From NCBI GenBank assembly GCA_963705305.1, contig OY970067.1, positions 2,848,001-2,912,000 of the forward strand: DNA of 64,000 bases, given 5' to 3'. Below are positions 50,012 through 60,920 of this stretch, piece after piece. A program made the position numbers and the translations under genes. This DNA is from an uncultured Methylomirabilota bacterium (GTDB lineage: Bacteria; Methylomirabilota; Methylomirabilia; Methylomirabilales; 2-02-FULL-66-22). The notes under the pieces are model-generated. The model searched no databases and was not told the DNA's origin. It worked only from the letters and a program-made list of their open reading frames with translations. Every line of letters begins with the position of its first letter. Position 1 is the stretch's first letter.

Positions 50012-51400
50012 ATGAGCAGCCTGGAGTTTCAGGGAAAGCGGGTGACGGTGGTGGGGCTGGCGCGAAGCGGGTATGCCGCGTGCGCGCTGTTGGCGGACCG
50101 CGGAGCCAGCGTGCTGGCCACGGACCGCTTTCCGCGCGAGCGGCTGCGCGGGGATCTGGAGGCGCTGGAGCGGCGAGGGGTGCGGATCGAGACGGGGGGC
50201 CACCGGCCCGAGTCCTTCCTGGAGGCGGATCTGATCGTGGTCAGCCCGGGCGTGGAGGCGAATCTGCCCCTGCTGCGGCAGGCCCAGCGGCGCGGCATCC
50301 CGATCTGGGGTGAGGTGGAGCTGGCCTACCGGATCACACCGGCCCGTTTCCTGGGGGTGACCGGGACGAACGGGAAGAGCACCACGGTGAGCCTGCTGGG
50401 GGCGATGCTCCAGGCCGGACACATCCCCTCGCTGGTGGCGGGCAACATCGGCACGGCGCTCTGCCAGGTCATCGCCGATCTCAGTCCCTCTCACTGGGTG
50501 GTGGCGGAGCTCTCCAGCTTCCAGCTGGAGACGATCGTCGCCTTCCGGCCCCACGTGTCTGTCCTGCTGAACCTGGCCCCGGATCACCTGGATCGGTATC
50601 CGGATGTCGGCAGCTACTACACCGCCAAGGCGCGCATCTTCATGCAGCAGGGGGCCGAGGACTTCGCGGTGCTCAACGCCGACGATCCGCTGGTGCTGGA
50701 GTACGCGCGGGGGAGCCGGGCGCGCCCTCTCTTGTTCAGCCGCACCCGGACGGTGGGGGACGGGGCCTTCGTTCGGGACGGCCGCGTGGTGCTGCGGCGA
50801 GAGGGCCGGACCCAGGAGGTGTGCCCCGCCGCCGACATCCGCATCCAGGGGCCGCACAACCTGGAGAACAGCCTCGCCGCCGCCGCCGCCGCGGCGGCCA
50901 TCGGGACGCCGGCGGACGCCATCGCCGCAGCCCTGCGCAGCTTTCCCGGGCTCCCCCACCGGCTGGAGCTGGTGGCCGAGGTGGACGGGGTCCGATACAT
51001 CAACGACTCCAAGGGAACGAATGTGGGGGCGGTCCTGAAATCGCTGGAGGGGTTCTCCCACGGCGTGATCCTGATCGCCGGGGGCAAGGACAAGGGGGGA
51101 GATTTCGCGCCCCTGCGGCCGCTGGTCCAGAGCCGGGTGAAGACCGCGCTGCTCTTGGGGCAGGCCCGGACGACGATTCGCGCCCAGCTGGCGGGGGCCT
51201 GCCCGATGGAGGAGGTGGCCACGCTGCCGGCGGCGGTCGAGCGCGCCGGTGCCATTGCCGCCCCCGGAGACACCGTGCTGCTGTCCCCGGCCTGTGCCAG
51301 CTTCGACATGTTTCGCGACTTCGAGGAGCGGGGCGAGGTGTTCCGGCAAGCCGTGCGCGACCTCGAGGCGGCAAGGAGATCCCGTGGACGCCGCCGCTGA
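50012..51400 (+). CDS. murD: UDP-MurNAc-L-Ala--D-Glu ligase
   Basis: GLARSG, SPG, GTNGKST, ELSSFQL, DHLDRY, NDSKGTN, SPACASFDMF. Confidence 0.97.
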   Translation: MSSLEFQGKRVTVVGLARSGYAACALLADRGASVLATDRFPRERLRGDLEALERRGVRIETGGHRPESFLEADLIVVSPGVEANLPLLRQAQRRGIPIWGEVELAYRITPARFLGVTGTNGKSTTVSLLGAMLQAGHIPSLVAGNIGTALCQVIADLSPSHWVVAELSSFQLETIVAFRPHVSVLLNLAPDHLDRYPDVGSYYTAKARIFMQQGAEDFAVLNADDPLVLEYARGSRARPLLFSRTRTVGDGAFVRDGRVVLRREGRTQEVCPAADIRIQGPHNLENSLAAAAAAAAIGTPADAIAAALRSFPGLPHRLELVAEVDGVRYINDSKGTNVGAVLKSLEGFSHGVILIAGGKDKGGDFAPLRPLVQSRVKTALLLGQARTTIRAQLAGACPMEEVATLPAAVERAGAIAAPGDTVLLSPACASFDMFRDFEERGEVFRQAVRDLEAARRSRGRRR

Positions 51401-52589
51401 GCGATGGTCCGGGACGGCTCCCCCCCCGGCGCCGCCGGCGGCAGGGGCCCAGGCCGCACGCGGCTGGCGGGCGCTCCTGCCCGCGCGCAGCACCGCCGCG
51501 GGCCAGTCGAGGGCGGACCGGCTGCTCTTGCTGGTGACCCTGCTCCTGGTGGGGTTCGGGATCGTGATGGTCTACAGCGCCAGCGCCATCCGGGCCCAGG
51601 ACCGGTTCCACGACCCGGCCTTCTTCCTGAAGAAGCAGCTGGTCTGGGCGGTCCTCGGCCTGCTGGTCATGGCCTGGGCGATGGAGCGGGATCTGCAAAA
51701 GCTTCAGCGCCGGACAGCGCTCTTTTTCCTGGGGAGCCTGTTCTGCCTGCTACTGGTCCTGGTGCCGGGGGTGGGCGTCCGGGTGAACGGGGCCACCCGT
51801 TGGATCCGGCTCTTCGGGCTGTCCTTCCAGCCGGCCGAGTTCGCCAAGGTGGCCCTGATCCTCTTCCTGGCCAGCTACTTCTCGCGCCGGCAGGATCGCC
51901 TGGACAGCTTCCTGGACGGCTTCCTTCCGCCGCTCATGCTCACGGCTCTGGTGGCGGCGTTGATCATCCTGCAGCCCAACTTCGGGACCGCCTCCGTCCT
52001 CCTGGTGGTTGCCGGCATTCTGTTCTTCGTGGGCGGGGCGCGGATCAGCCACCTGATCCTGACGGCCGCCGCCGCCGTCCCCGCCCTGCTGGTCTTGATG
52101 CTCCGCTCGCCGCACGGACGGGCGCGGCTGCTGGCCAAGCTGTATCCGGCCACGGCCTCGGTCAAGGCCACCTACCAGCTGGACCAGTCGTTCAACGCCC
52201 TGGGGCCGGGCGGATGGCTGGGGCGCGGCCTGGGCAACAGCATGCAGAAGCTGTTCTTCCTTCCGGAGCCGCACACCGACTTCATTTTTGCCATCGTGGG
52301 TGAGGAGCTGGGGTTCATCGGGGCCATGTTCCTGGTCCTGCTGTTCGCGGTGTTCCTGTGGCGCGGGACCCGGACGGCGCTGCGGGCCGGCGATCCCTTC
52401 GCCAGCAACCTGGCCGTCGGGATCACCAGCCTAGTGGTTGGGCAGGCAGCGCTGAACATGGCCGTGGTGAGCGGCCTGCTTCCCACGACGGGAGTGCCGC
52501 TGCCGTTCGTGAGCTTCGGCGGCTCCTCCCTGGTCTTCATGCTCTTCGGGGTGGGGCTGCTGTTGAATATCTCGCGCCGCTCGACGTGA
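51384..52589 (+). CDS. ftsW: SEDS peptidoglycan glycosyltransferase
   Basis: MVYSAS, NGATRWI, QPAEFAK, LPEPHTDFIFA..GEE, PFVSFGGSS; start uncertain. Confidence 0.95.
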   Translation: MDAAAERWSGTAPPPAPPAAGAQAARGWRALLPARSTAAGQSRADRLLLLVTLLLVGFGIVMVYSASAIRAQDRFHDPAFFLKKQLVWAVLGLLVMAWAMERDLQKLQRRTALFFLGSLFCLLLVLVPGVGVRVNGATRWIRLFGLSFQPAEFAKVALILFLASYFSRRQDRLDSFLDGFLPPLMLTALVAALIILQPNFGTASVLLVVAGILFFVGGARISHLILTAAAAVPALLVLMLRSPHGRARLLAKLYPATASVKATYQLDQSFNALGPGGWLGRGLGNSMQKLFFLPEPHTDFIFAIVGEELGFIGAMFLVLLFAVFLWRGTRTALRAGDPFASNLAVGITSLVVGQAALNMAVVSGLLPTTGVPLPFVSFGGSSLVFMLFGVGLLLNISRRST

Positions 52590-53752
52590 GCGGCGCGGGG
52601 ACGCTCTGCGAAGGACCCCCGGGTCCTGGAAAGGCGGGCAGGCCGGTGCGGGTGGTGATCGCGGGGGGCGGAACGGGCGGCCATCTCTTCCCGGCCCTGG
52701 CGGTGCGGGAGGCGCTGGTCAAGCGGCAGCCGGACGCCCAGGCGCTCTTCGTGGGGGCGACGCGCGGAGTGGAGGGAGCCATCTTGGGCCGATTGGGGCT
52801 GCCCTTTCGCGGTCTGGAGGTCTCACGGATCAGCGGGGCGGGGCTCTCCGGGCAGACCCGGACGGTCGTCCAGCTCCCCTGGCTGGTCCGGCACGCCGCC
52901 CGGATCCTCCAGGAGTTTGCGCCCCAGGTGGTCCTGGGGGTCGGCGGGTATGCTTCGGTCCCGACGGTTGTGGCCGCACGGCTCCGGAGGACTTCTGTCG
53001 TGCTGCACGAGCAGAACGCCATTCCTGGCCTCGCCAACCGATGGTTGGGACGCCTGGCTGCGATGGTGGCGGTCTCTTTTCCCGCCACCGCGCGCTTCTT
53101 CCCGGTCGGACGCGTGGCGGTGACGGGGAATCCGGTCCGGGCCGAGATCCGGCCGGGGGATGCGCGGGACGCGCGCGCCCGGCTGGGCCTGTCGCCGGAT
53201 CGCCTGACCGTCCTTATCTTCGGAGGCAGCCAGGGCGCGCGCCGCCTCAACGCCAGCCTGCTGGAGGCGTTGCCGCGGCTGGCCGCCGAGGCGGCACGCA
53301 TCCAGTTCGTCCACGCCACGGGCGAGCGGGATCTGGCCGAGGTGCGGGCTGCCTATCGCGCACACGGGCTGCGTGCCTGCGCCGAGCCCTTCTTCGACGA
53401 CATGGCCACCGCCTATCGGGCTGCGGATTTTGCGATCTGCCGGGCGGGGGCCGGCACCATCTTCGAGTTGGCGGCCATGGGAAAACCGGCCCTCTTGGTG
53501 CCCTATCCCTATGCGGCCAACGACCACCAGCGGCTGAATGCCGAGGCCATGGTGACGGCGGGGGCGGCCTGGACGCTGCCCGACGATTTCTGCGACGGGC
53601 CGCGGATTGCCGCCACACTGGAGGCGGCGCTGGAAAAGCCGGATCTGCTCCGCTGCATGGGGGAGCAGGCGCGATCCCTGGCGCGGCCGGATGCCGCGGA
53701 TCGGATTGTGGATCTGCTGGAGCGAGCGGCGGGGCGGCTAGCAGGCTGCTGA
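52586..53752 (+). CDS. murG: Lipid I N-acetylglucosaminyltransferase
   Basis: GGGTGGHLFP, GGY, HEQN, GNPVR, GGSQGA, RAGA, HQRLNA; alternative start 52646. Confidence 0.96.
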   Translation: MSGAGTLCEGPPGPGKAGRPVRVVIAGGGTGGHLFPALAVREALVKRQPDAQALFVGATRGVEGAILGRLGLPFRGLEVSRISGAGLSGQTRTVVQLPWLVRHAARILQEFAPQVVLGVGGYASVPTVVAARLRRTSVVLHEQNAIPGLANRWLGRLAAMVAVSFPATARFFPVGRVAVTGNPVRAEIRPGDARDARARLGLSPDRLTVLIFGGSQGARRLNASLLEALPRLAAEAARIQFVHATGERDLAEVRAAYRAHGLRACAEPFFDDMATAYRAADFAICRAGAGTIFELAAMGKPALLVPYPYAANDHQRLNAEAMVTAGAAWTLPDDFCDGPRIAATLEAALEKPDLLRCMGEQARSLARPDAADRIVDLLERAAGRLAGC

Positions 53753-53938
53753 AAAAGGCCCATCTGCGGACACCCAGCTTTTGGCCGGGTACCCGCGCGC
53801 TCGCGCGGCGCTGCGGCGTACGAGGGAAGTACGCCTCGCACCGGCACCCATCCTCCGGATGGGTACCCGGCGCGCCGCCTTGCATCTGGACCTTTTTGAA
53901 CCGCCTGGGCGAAAACAGGTATTTCAGCAGCCTGCTAG
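53738..53938. mobile_element. MITE-like non-autonomous element (201 bp)
   Basis: Perfect 17-bp inverted ends CTAGCAGGCTGCTGAAA ... TTTCAGCAGCCTGCTAG, nested internal palindromes, no transposase. Confidence 0.8.
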
Positions 53939-53965
53939 GCGCCTGCGGGGTTACGGGGAGCGGAC

Positions 53966-55345
53966 GTGTTCAAGAAGATCCGCCACATTCATTTCGTCGG
54001 CATCGGCGGCGTCGGAATGAGCGGCATCGCCGAGGTGCTGCACAACCTGGGCTACGGTGTGTCCGGATCGGACAGCCGGGAGTCCGACACCACCCGGCAC
54101 CTGTCGGCCCTGGGGATCCGTGTGGCCGTCGGGCACGCGGCGCAGAACGTGCAGGGGGCCGACGTGGTGGTTCGCTCGTCGGCGGTGGGCCAGGACAATG
54201 TGGAGTTGACGACGGCGCGCCAGGGGCTCATTCCCGTGATCCAGCGGGCGGAGATGCTGGCAGAGCTCATGCGGATGAAGTACGGAGTGGCCGTGGCCGG
54301 GACGCACGGCAAGACCACTACCACGTCCATGGTGGCGACGGTCCTGGCCCGGGGCGGGCTGGACCCGACCATGGTGATCGGGGGTCGGCTGAACGCCCTG
54401 GGGAGCAACGCCAAGCTGGGGCGGGGGGATTTCCTGGTGGCCGAGGCGGACGAGAGCGACGGGTCCTTCCTGAAGCTCACCCCCACCATCGCCGTGGTCA
54501 CTACCATCGACGCCGAGCACCTGGACTACTACCGGGACCTGACGCACATCCGGGACACCTTCGTGGAGTTCATCAACAAGGTGCCCTTCTACGGGCTGGC
54601 GGTCCTGTGCCTGGATCAGGAGAACATCCAGGAGATCCTGCCGCGGGTGGAGAAGCGGTTCGTCACCTACGGCCTGCGCACCCAGGCGGATTTTTTGGCC
54701 CGGGACATCGGGCTCTCGGGCATGACCTCCGAGTTCGAAGTCGTCTGGAAGCAGCAGCCCTTGGGTCGCCTGCGTCTCCGGGTCCCGGGACTGCACAATA
54801 TCTACAATGCCCTGGCGGCCGTGGCCGTAGGCCTGGACCTGGAGGTGAACTTCGCCACCATCCGCGACGCCCTGGGCGAGTTCAGCGGAGTGGACCGGCG
54901 GTTCCAGGTTCGGGGAGAGGTCGGCGGGATCACGGTGGTGGACGACTACGCCCACCATCCGGTGGAGATCCAGGCCACCCTGAATGCGGCCAAGGACGGC
55001 TTCGGCCGGAATGTCATCGCCGTCTTTCAGCCCCATCGCTACACCCGGACCCGGGCGCTGCTCCGCGAGTTCGTCCGGGCCTTCTACCAGGCCGATTGCC
55101 TGTTCGTGACCGAGATCTACCCGGCGGGTGAGCCGCCCATCCCTGGGGTGAGCGGCCAGCAGGTTGCCGAGGGGGTGGCGGGGCACGGCCACAAGAACGT
55201 CAGCTACGTGCCGCGCAAGGAGGATCTGGCGGAGGCGGTGCTGGCGATCGCGCGACCCGGTGATCTGGTGATCACGCTGGGTGCGGGCGATATCTGGAAA
55301 ACGGGGGACGAGATCGTGCGCCGCCTGAGGGCCGGGAGTGCCTGA
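53966..55345 (+). CDS. murC: UDP-MurNAc--L-Ala ligase
   Basis: [40 protein letters not shown]. Confidence 0.97.
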   Translation: MFKKIRHIHFVGIGGVGMSGIAEVLHNLGYGVSGSDSRESDTTRHLSALGIRVAVGHAAQNVQGADVVVRSSAVGQDNVELTTARQGLIPVIQRAEMLAELMRMKYGVAVAGTHGKTTTTSMVATVLARGGLDPTMVIGGRLNALGSNAKLGRGDFLVAEADESDGSFLKLTPTIAVVTTIDAEHLDYYRDLTHIRDTFVEFINKVPFYGLAVLCLDQENIQEILPRVEKRFVTYGLRTQADFLARDIGLSGMTSEFEVVWKQQPLGRLRLRVPGLHNIYNALAAVAVGLDLEVNFATIRDALGEFSGVDRRFQVRGEVGGITVVDDYAHHPVEIQATLNAAKDGFGRNVIAVFQPHRYTRTRALLREFVRAFYQADCLFVTEIYPAGEPPIPGVSGQQVAEGVAGHGHKNVSYVPRKEDLAEAVLAIARPGDLVITLGAGDIWKTGDEIVRRLRAGSA

Positions 55346-55349
55346 GCCC

Positions 55350-56261
55350 ATGCCGATCGCGAGTGCGGGGCTGGCAGAGCGATTGCGGGAGCAGGTGCGC
55401 GGGCTGGTCGCAGCCAACGCGCCGCTGGCCCGCCACACCACCTTCCGCATCGGCGGGCCGGCGGACCTCTTGGTGGAGCCCCTGGATCGAGCCGACCTCA
55501 AGGCTGCCCTGGCCTTTGCCCGACGGGAGGGGCTGGCCGTCCGCGTGCTCGGGGGCGGGAGCAACGTGCTGGTCCGGGACGGCGGAATGCGCGCCCTGGT
55601 GGTCCGGCTGACCTCCTTCCAGGAGCTTGCGCATGCCGGCTCGGAGGTCACGGCCGGGGCCGGCGTGCGCGTCAGCCGGCTGCTGGCCTACTGCGTCAAG
55701 CACGGCCTGGCGGGGCTGGAGCTGTTGAGCGGCGTGCCGGGCACGGTGGGCGGGGCCGTGTGGGGCAACGCCGGGGCGTGGGGAGGCTCGGTGGCGGACC
55801 GGCTCGCCCGGGTGGAGCTGGTCCTGGCCGAGGGGGATGACCTGAGCCTTCCTCGCCAGGCCATCCCGTACCGGTACCGTGCCTCCGGTCTGCCGGCGGG
55901 ATCGGTGGTCGTTCAAGCCGCCTTTGGACTGGAGGCGGGCGTGCCGTCGGCCATTCGTCGGCGGATCTCCGGCTATCTGGTGCAGCGGAACGCCCGCCAG
56001 CCGGTGGAGTTTCGCTCGGCGGGCTCGATCTTCAAGAACCCGCCCGGCGATTTCGCGGGTCGTTTGGTCGAGGCGGCCGGCCTGCGGGGAACGCGCATCG
56101 GCGGCGCCATGATCTCTGAGAAGCATGGCAACTATATCGTGAATCTCGGCGGCGCCACGGCCACAGACGTGCTGGCGCTGGCGGCGCTGGCCCAGGAGCG
56201 CGTGCGGGCGAACACGGGGGTGTCGCTGGAGCTGGAGATTCGGGTGATGGGGGAGGAGTGA
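55350..56261 (+). CDS. murB: UDP-N-acetylmuramate dehydrogenase
   Basis: TTFRIGGPA, GGGSN, GTVGGAV.GNAGA, SAGSIFKNP, SEKHGN. Confidence 0.96.
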   Translation: MPIASAGLAERLREQVRGLVAANAPLARHTTFRIGGPADLLVEPLDRADLKAALAFARREGLAVRVLGGGSNVLVRDGGMRALVVRLTSFQELAHAGSEVTAGAGVRVSRLLAYCVKHGLAGLELLSGVPGTVGGAVWGNAGAWGGSVADRLARVELVLAEGDDLSLPRQAIPYRYRASGLPAGSVVVQAAFGLEAGVPSAIRRRISGYLVQRNARQPVEFRSAGSIFKNPPGDFAGRLVEAAGLRGTRIGGAMISEKHGNYIVNLGGATATDVLALAALAQERVRANTGVSLELEIRVMGEE

Positions 56262-56345
56262 CGGGCGCAGAGGCGCAGGGGTGCGGGGGAGCCGGGGAGC
56301 CGGAGAACGCAGAGGAGCAGGGGAGCCGGGGAGCGGGGGAGAGGA
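56262..56345 (+). repeat. Degenerate purine-rich octamer repeats (GGGGAGCC/GGGGAGCA)
   Basis: gggggagccggggagccggagaacgcagaggagcaggggagccggggagcggggga. Confidence 0.55.
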
Positions 56346-56397
56346 ATACCTTGGAACGTGAAGGCGGGGTGACGAACCCGGGAAGGGCCAGAGCAGC

Positions 56398-57204
56398 GTG
56401 ATTCAGGACTATCACCGAAAGTCAATCGGCCACGGCGGGCAGCGGCGCGAGTCGCTTTCCCGGCTGGCGCGCCTCTGCCGGATCGTCTTGGTGCTGACGA
56501 TCGTGGGCGGGGTGAGCGTGGGGCTCTGGCAAGGCTACCGGCGCCTGCTCACCCTGCCCTATTTCCGGGTGACCGAGGTTCGAGTTGAGGGCAATCTCCA
56601 GGTTGCCAGCGACGATATCGTCGCGAGCCTCGGTCTCACGCCCGAGACCAGCATCCTCACGCTGGACCTACCGTCTCTCACCCGGCGGGTCCTGAAGAAT
56701 CCCTGGATCAAAGAGGCCTCGATCCAGCGCCAGCTGCCGCTGGCGTTGACGGTCCGGGTGGTGGAGCGGGTGCCGGAAGCCGTGTTCATCGCCGACCGCA
56801 GGTACCTCCTGAGCGCCGACGGCGTGATCCTGGCCGCGCTGGAGGACGGCGATCTGCCGACGTTGCCGACCCTGCGCGCGGGCAGCCAGCACCAGGTCGC
56901 TGTGGGCGACCATGTCCTCAGCTCCGAGATGGCGCAGGGGTTGTCGGTCTGGCGGCAGTTCCAGCTGGCGAACGCCATCCAGGGAGAGCAGGCGCACGAG
57001 ATCGTCATGGCGGGGGACGGGAGTTATGTCGTGAACCTGGGGCCGGACATGCCGGTCATCCGCCTGCGCGCCCAGGATCTGCAGGAGCAACTCCGCCGCC
57101 TGGGCGCGGCGCTGGTGGCCGGCGGCCAGCCGCTGACCCGCTTTCGCGACGTGGACCTTCGCTTCCAGGACCGCGTCGTCTTCACTCCGGTAGGAGGAGG
57201 GTGA
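56398..57204 (+). CDS. ftsQ: Cell division protein FtsQ/DivIB
   Basis: Single TM, POTRA (VRVEGN...PWIKEASIQRQLP), DLRF; directly before ftsA. Confidence 0.9.
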   Translation: MIQDYHRKSIGHGGQRRESLSRLARLCRIVLVLTIVGGVSVGLWQGYRRLLTLPYFRVTEVRVEGNLQVASDDIVASLGLTPETSILTLDLPSLTRRVLKNPWIKEASIQRQLPLALTVRVVERVPEAVFIADRRYLLSADGVILAALEDGDLPTLPTLRAGSQHQVAVGDHVLSSEMAQGLSVWRQFQLANAIQGEQAHEIVMAGDGSYVVNLGPDMPVIRLRAQDLQEQLRRLGAALVAGGQPLTRFRDVDLRFQDRVVFTPVGGG

Positions 57205-58447
57205 AATCGGTGGCCAAGGATAGCAACCTGGTGGTGGGGCTGGACATCGGGACGACCAAGGTCTGCGCCATCGTCGCGGAGGCCGGCGCAGACGGCGCGG
57301 TGGACATCATCGGGGTCGGCCAGAGCCCCTCCCGCGGCCTGCGCAAGGGGGTTGTGGTCAACATCGACGCGACGGTGGACTCCGTGCGTCGCGCCGTCGA
57401 GGACGCCGAGCTGATGGCCGGCGCGGAGATTCGCTCCGTCTTCGTGGGGATCGCCGGCGGCCATATCAAGGGGATCAACAGCCGCGGAGTCATCGCCATC
57501 TCGGGGAAGAATCGGGAGGTCGCCCGCCAGGACATCGAGCGGGTGATCGATGCGGCCAAGGCGGTGGCGCTCCCGGTGGACCGCGAGGTGATCCACATTC
57601 TTCCACAAGAGTTCATCATCGACGACCAGGCGGGCATCAAAGAGCCGTTGGGGATGACCGGGATCCGGCTGGAGGCGGAGGTGCACATCGTGACCGGGGC
57701 GGTGGCCTCGGCACAGAACATCATCAAGTGCTGCAACAAGGCCGGCCTGGAAGTGCAGGACATCGTCCTCCAGCAGTTGGCCAGCTCCGAAGCTACTCTA
57801 ACGTCCGAGGAGAAGGATCTGGGCTGCATCCTGGTGGACGTGGGTGGCGGCACGACCGACGTGGCGGTGTTCGTGGACGGAAGCATCTACCACACCGCCG
57901 TGCTGGCGGTGGGGGGGATACCCTCACCAACGACATCGCCATCGGCCTGCGAACGCCGCGGCCCGAAGCGGAATCCATCAAGCGGAAGTACGGCTGCGCC
58001 CTGGCCTCCATGGTCCGGCCGGACGAGAAGATCGAAGTTCCCAGCGTGGGGGGCCGCCGTCCCCGGGTCTTGGCCCGGCAAACCCTGTGCGAGATCGTCC
58101 AGCCGCGCCTGGACGAGGTGTTCAGCATGGTGCACCGGGAGGTGCACCGGGCAGGGTACGCAGGACGGGTGACCGGCGGGGTGGTGGTGACGGGCGGCTC
58201 GTCCATCATGGAGGGGGTTCCCGAGCTGGCCGAGCAGATCTTCGATATTCCGGTGCGCCGGGGCATTCCCCGCGGGGTGGGCGGCCTCACCGATGTCATC
58301 AACAACCCCATGTACGCCACCGGCGTGGGGCTGGGGATCTACGGCGCGGCACATCGCAGCCGGCGAAAGTTCCGCAAGGTCACGGACCGCAACATCTTCG
58401 ACAAGGTGATTGACCGGATGAAGGAATGGTTCGGGGAGATCTTCTAG
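57201..58447 (+). CDS. ftsA: Cell division protein FtsA (apparent 1-bp deletion in G-run 57911-57917)
   Basis: GLDIGTTK, DVGGGTTD in frame 1; GGDTLTNDIA..L, TGGSS, YATGVGL, MKEWFGEIF in frame 2. Confidence 0.92.
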
Positions 58448-58494
58448 GCAAGGGCGGCCGGCCGGCCGGCGGCGCCCCAGAAAGGGGAAGGCGT

Positions 58495-59670
58495 ATGGCG
58501 ATCAGTCTGGAGATGGAGGCGGAGAAGATGGCCAATATCAAGGTGATCGGCATCGGCGGCGGCGGTTCGAACGCCGTGGGCCGCATGACGGCCTCCAACA
58601 TGTCGGGAGTGGAGTTCGTTGTGGTCAACACCGACGCGCAGGCCCTCCGACACTCCCCCGTGGATCGGAAGCTGCAGATCGGCGAGAAGCTCACCAAGGG
58701 GCTGGGGGCGGGCGCCGACCCCGAGAAGGGGCGCAAGGCCGCCATCGAGGACACCGACAAGGTCCTGCAGTACCTGCAGGGGGCCGACATGGTGTTCCTC
58801 ACGGCCGGCCTGGGTGGCGGCACCGGCGGCGGGGCCGCCCCCATCATCGCCAACCTGGCCAAGGAGATGGAGATCCTCACCGTCGGCGTGGTCACCAAGC
58901 CCTTCCTGTTCGAGGGGAAGCGACGTCTGGATCAGGCCGAGCGATGCCTGGAGGAACTCAAGGCCAACGTGGATAGCCTCATCATCATCCCCAACCAGCG
59001 GCTGATCAGCCATGCCAGCAAGAACACCGGGGTGCGAGAGGCTTACGCCATGGCGGACACCGTCCTGCGGCAGGCGGTGCAGGGCATTGCCGACATCATC
59101 GTGAAGCCCGGCTACATCAACGTGGACTTCGCCGATGTTCGCGCCGTCATGTCGGAACGGGGCTTGGCCATGATGGGGATCGGCGAGGCCGCCGGGGAAG
59201 AGGCGGCCGTCGAGGCGGTCCAGAAGGCGATCAACAGCCCGCTGCTGGAGAACGTCTCCATCAAGGGGGCCCGCGGCGTGCTGCTGAATTTCGCCCATGC
59301 CGCCAGCATGCCGATCTACCAGCTGAACGAGGCGTCCAAGATTGTGCACGACCTGGTGGATCGGGAGGCCAACATCATCTTCGGCGATGTCCTCGAGGAC
59401 GAGATGGCCGAGGTGGTGCGCGTCACGGTCATCGCCACCGGGTTCAGCGAGGCGGAGAATGCGCCCGTGGAGGAGGTGCTGGTCGCAACGCCCGCGGTCA
59501 CGGATCTTCGGACTTACGTTCCCAAGGCCGCGCCCCCCCCGCCGACCCCCGCGGATCGCGGCAGTTATCTGCGCAGGGGGAAGAAGGTCGTCGGGGGACA
59601 GCTGGCCCTGGAGGATCTGACCGAGGAGGTGCTGGATATCCCGACATTTCTCCGACGGCAGGCCGACTGA
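58495..59670 (+). CDS. ftsZ: Cell division protein FtsZ
   Basis: GGGGSNAV, NTDAQAL, GLGGGTGGG, INVDFADV, C-terminal LDIPTFLRRQAD. Confidence 0.98.
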   Translation: MAISLEMEAEKMANIKVIGIGGGGSNAVGRMTASNMSGVEFVVVNTDAQALRHSPVDRKLQIGEKLTKGLGAGADPEKGRKAAIEDTDKVLQYLQGADMVFLTAGLGGGTGGGAAPIIANLAKEMEILTVGVVTKPFLFEGKRRLDQAERCLEELKANVDSLIIIPNQRLISHASKNTGVREAYAMADTVLRQAVQGIADIIVKPGYINVDFADVRAVMSERGLAMMGIGEAAGEEAAVEAVQKAINSPLLENVSIKGARGVLLNFAHAASMPIYQLNEASKIVHDLVDREANIIFGDVLEDEMAEVVRVTVIATGFSEAENAPVEEVLVATPAVTDLRTYVPKAAPPPPTPADRGSYLRRGKKVVGGQLALEDLTEEVLDIPTFLRRQAD

Positions 59671-59849
59671 CGCGGCAGCCGTGGTCTCCGACGGCAAACT
59701 GAGTCGCGCGGCGGCCGGAGGGGTGGCGGGCGCGGCGGCAGGCTACATCTATAACGGGATTCGGAAGGAGTCGACTCCGTAGCGACGGCCACCCGGCTCC
59801 CGGAGACGCGTCGTGCTTCGCGCTCCGGGGGGCGTGGGCCGGCCCGGCC

Positions 59850-60633
59850 TCAGGAGGAGAGGTTGGTGGATCCATTCGCCGCGTCCCCGCCCTCTCGACT
59901 CGCCGGCGGCGCGTCGTCGGTCTGGGCGGCCCGGGGGGATCGCACGGTGGGAGGGCTGAAGCCGACCACGGAGCCCGCCCGCACCCGGACCAGATAGGGT
60001 GAGAGGGTGGTCCCGGGCAGCGTGCGGACGCCGTCCTCGATCTTGATGGGTCCGATGCCGGTCCCCGCGCCGATGATGCAGTGTGCCCCGATTTCCACCA
60101 GGCCGTAGCGGAAGCGGCCCGCGCCTTCGTAGGCGTGCACGGTGACACGGGAGAAGGCGCCGATCAGCGTGTTGTCGCCGATCCAGATGAGATCGGGGCG
60201 GAAGTGGTCCAGCCACACCAACTGCATGATCTCCACATTCCTGCCGATGTGCGCCCCCATCCAGCGGTAGAGCCCGTTCTTCAGCGATCTTCCCCTCATC
60301 ACCAAGGAGATGGCGACCTGGAACCCGACGAGCACTCTGCGCCAGAGGGGAAGGTTCAGCGACCGCCAGTTGATGGCGGCGGGTTCATCCGGGGCGCCGA
60401 GGCCGGAGAACGTGTAGTGGCGGTGGAGGGGCGTGAGAAAGGCGTTCAGGTTGCGGCGTCCCTCCGGCGTGCGCGGATCGAGGGTGGCGACGTTCGACCC
60501 CCTTTCCCCCGGAGGTCTTGCTGAGGTAGACCGGTCTCCCCTTCTTGCGGGCCATCCGGATGGCGCGGAGGATCATCTCCTCGGTGGCGGCCCGCATGGC
60601 CTCGTGGGGAGTCTGGGGCCTGTGATGCCTCAT
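59850..60633 (-). CDS. Hexapeptide-repeat acyltransferase-like protein (apparent 1-bp insertion at 60498-60502)
   Basis: KNGLYRWMGAHIG, PDLIWIGDNTLIG, VEIGAHCIIGAG; this frame stays open upstream to the homopolymer, where it joins ORF 60385-60633. Confidence 0.7.
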
Positions 60634-60920
60634 GGGTCCGTGTGGCCGATCCCGGCCCCCGCCCCCAGTGGGGGCAGAGGGTCGCAGGGAGAGTGGATCG
60701 AAAATAGTATCGTGGCGGCCTTCGGGTCAAGCGGTATCCGCGATGGATGCGGAGGGGGAGGCAACAGGCCGGCTGCGACGCGGGCGGAAAGCCGCTCCGC
60801 CGCCGATCCGTCGAGGCGCTTGCGGACCAGGACTGAGGATAAACTCCTTGAAGGGTCCTGGTTACACTGGTAGCATGCCGCTACGCTGCGGCGGGGCGAA
60901 TCTCCGCCGCGAGGAAGGGC

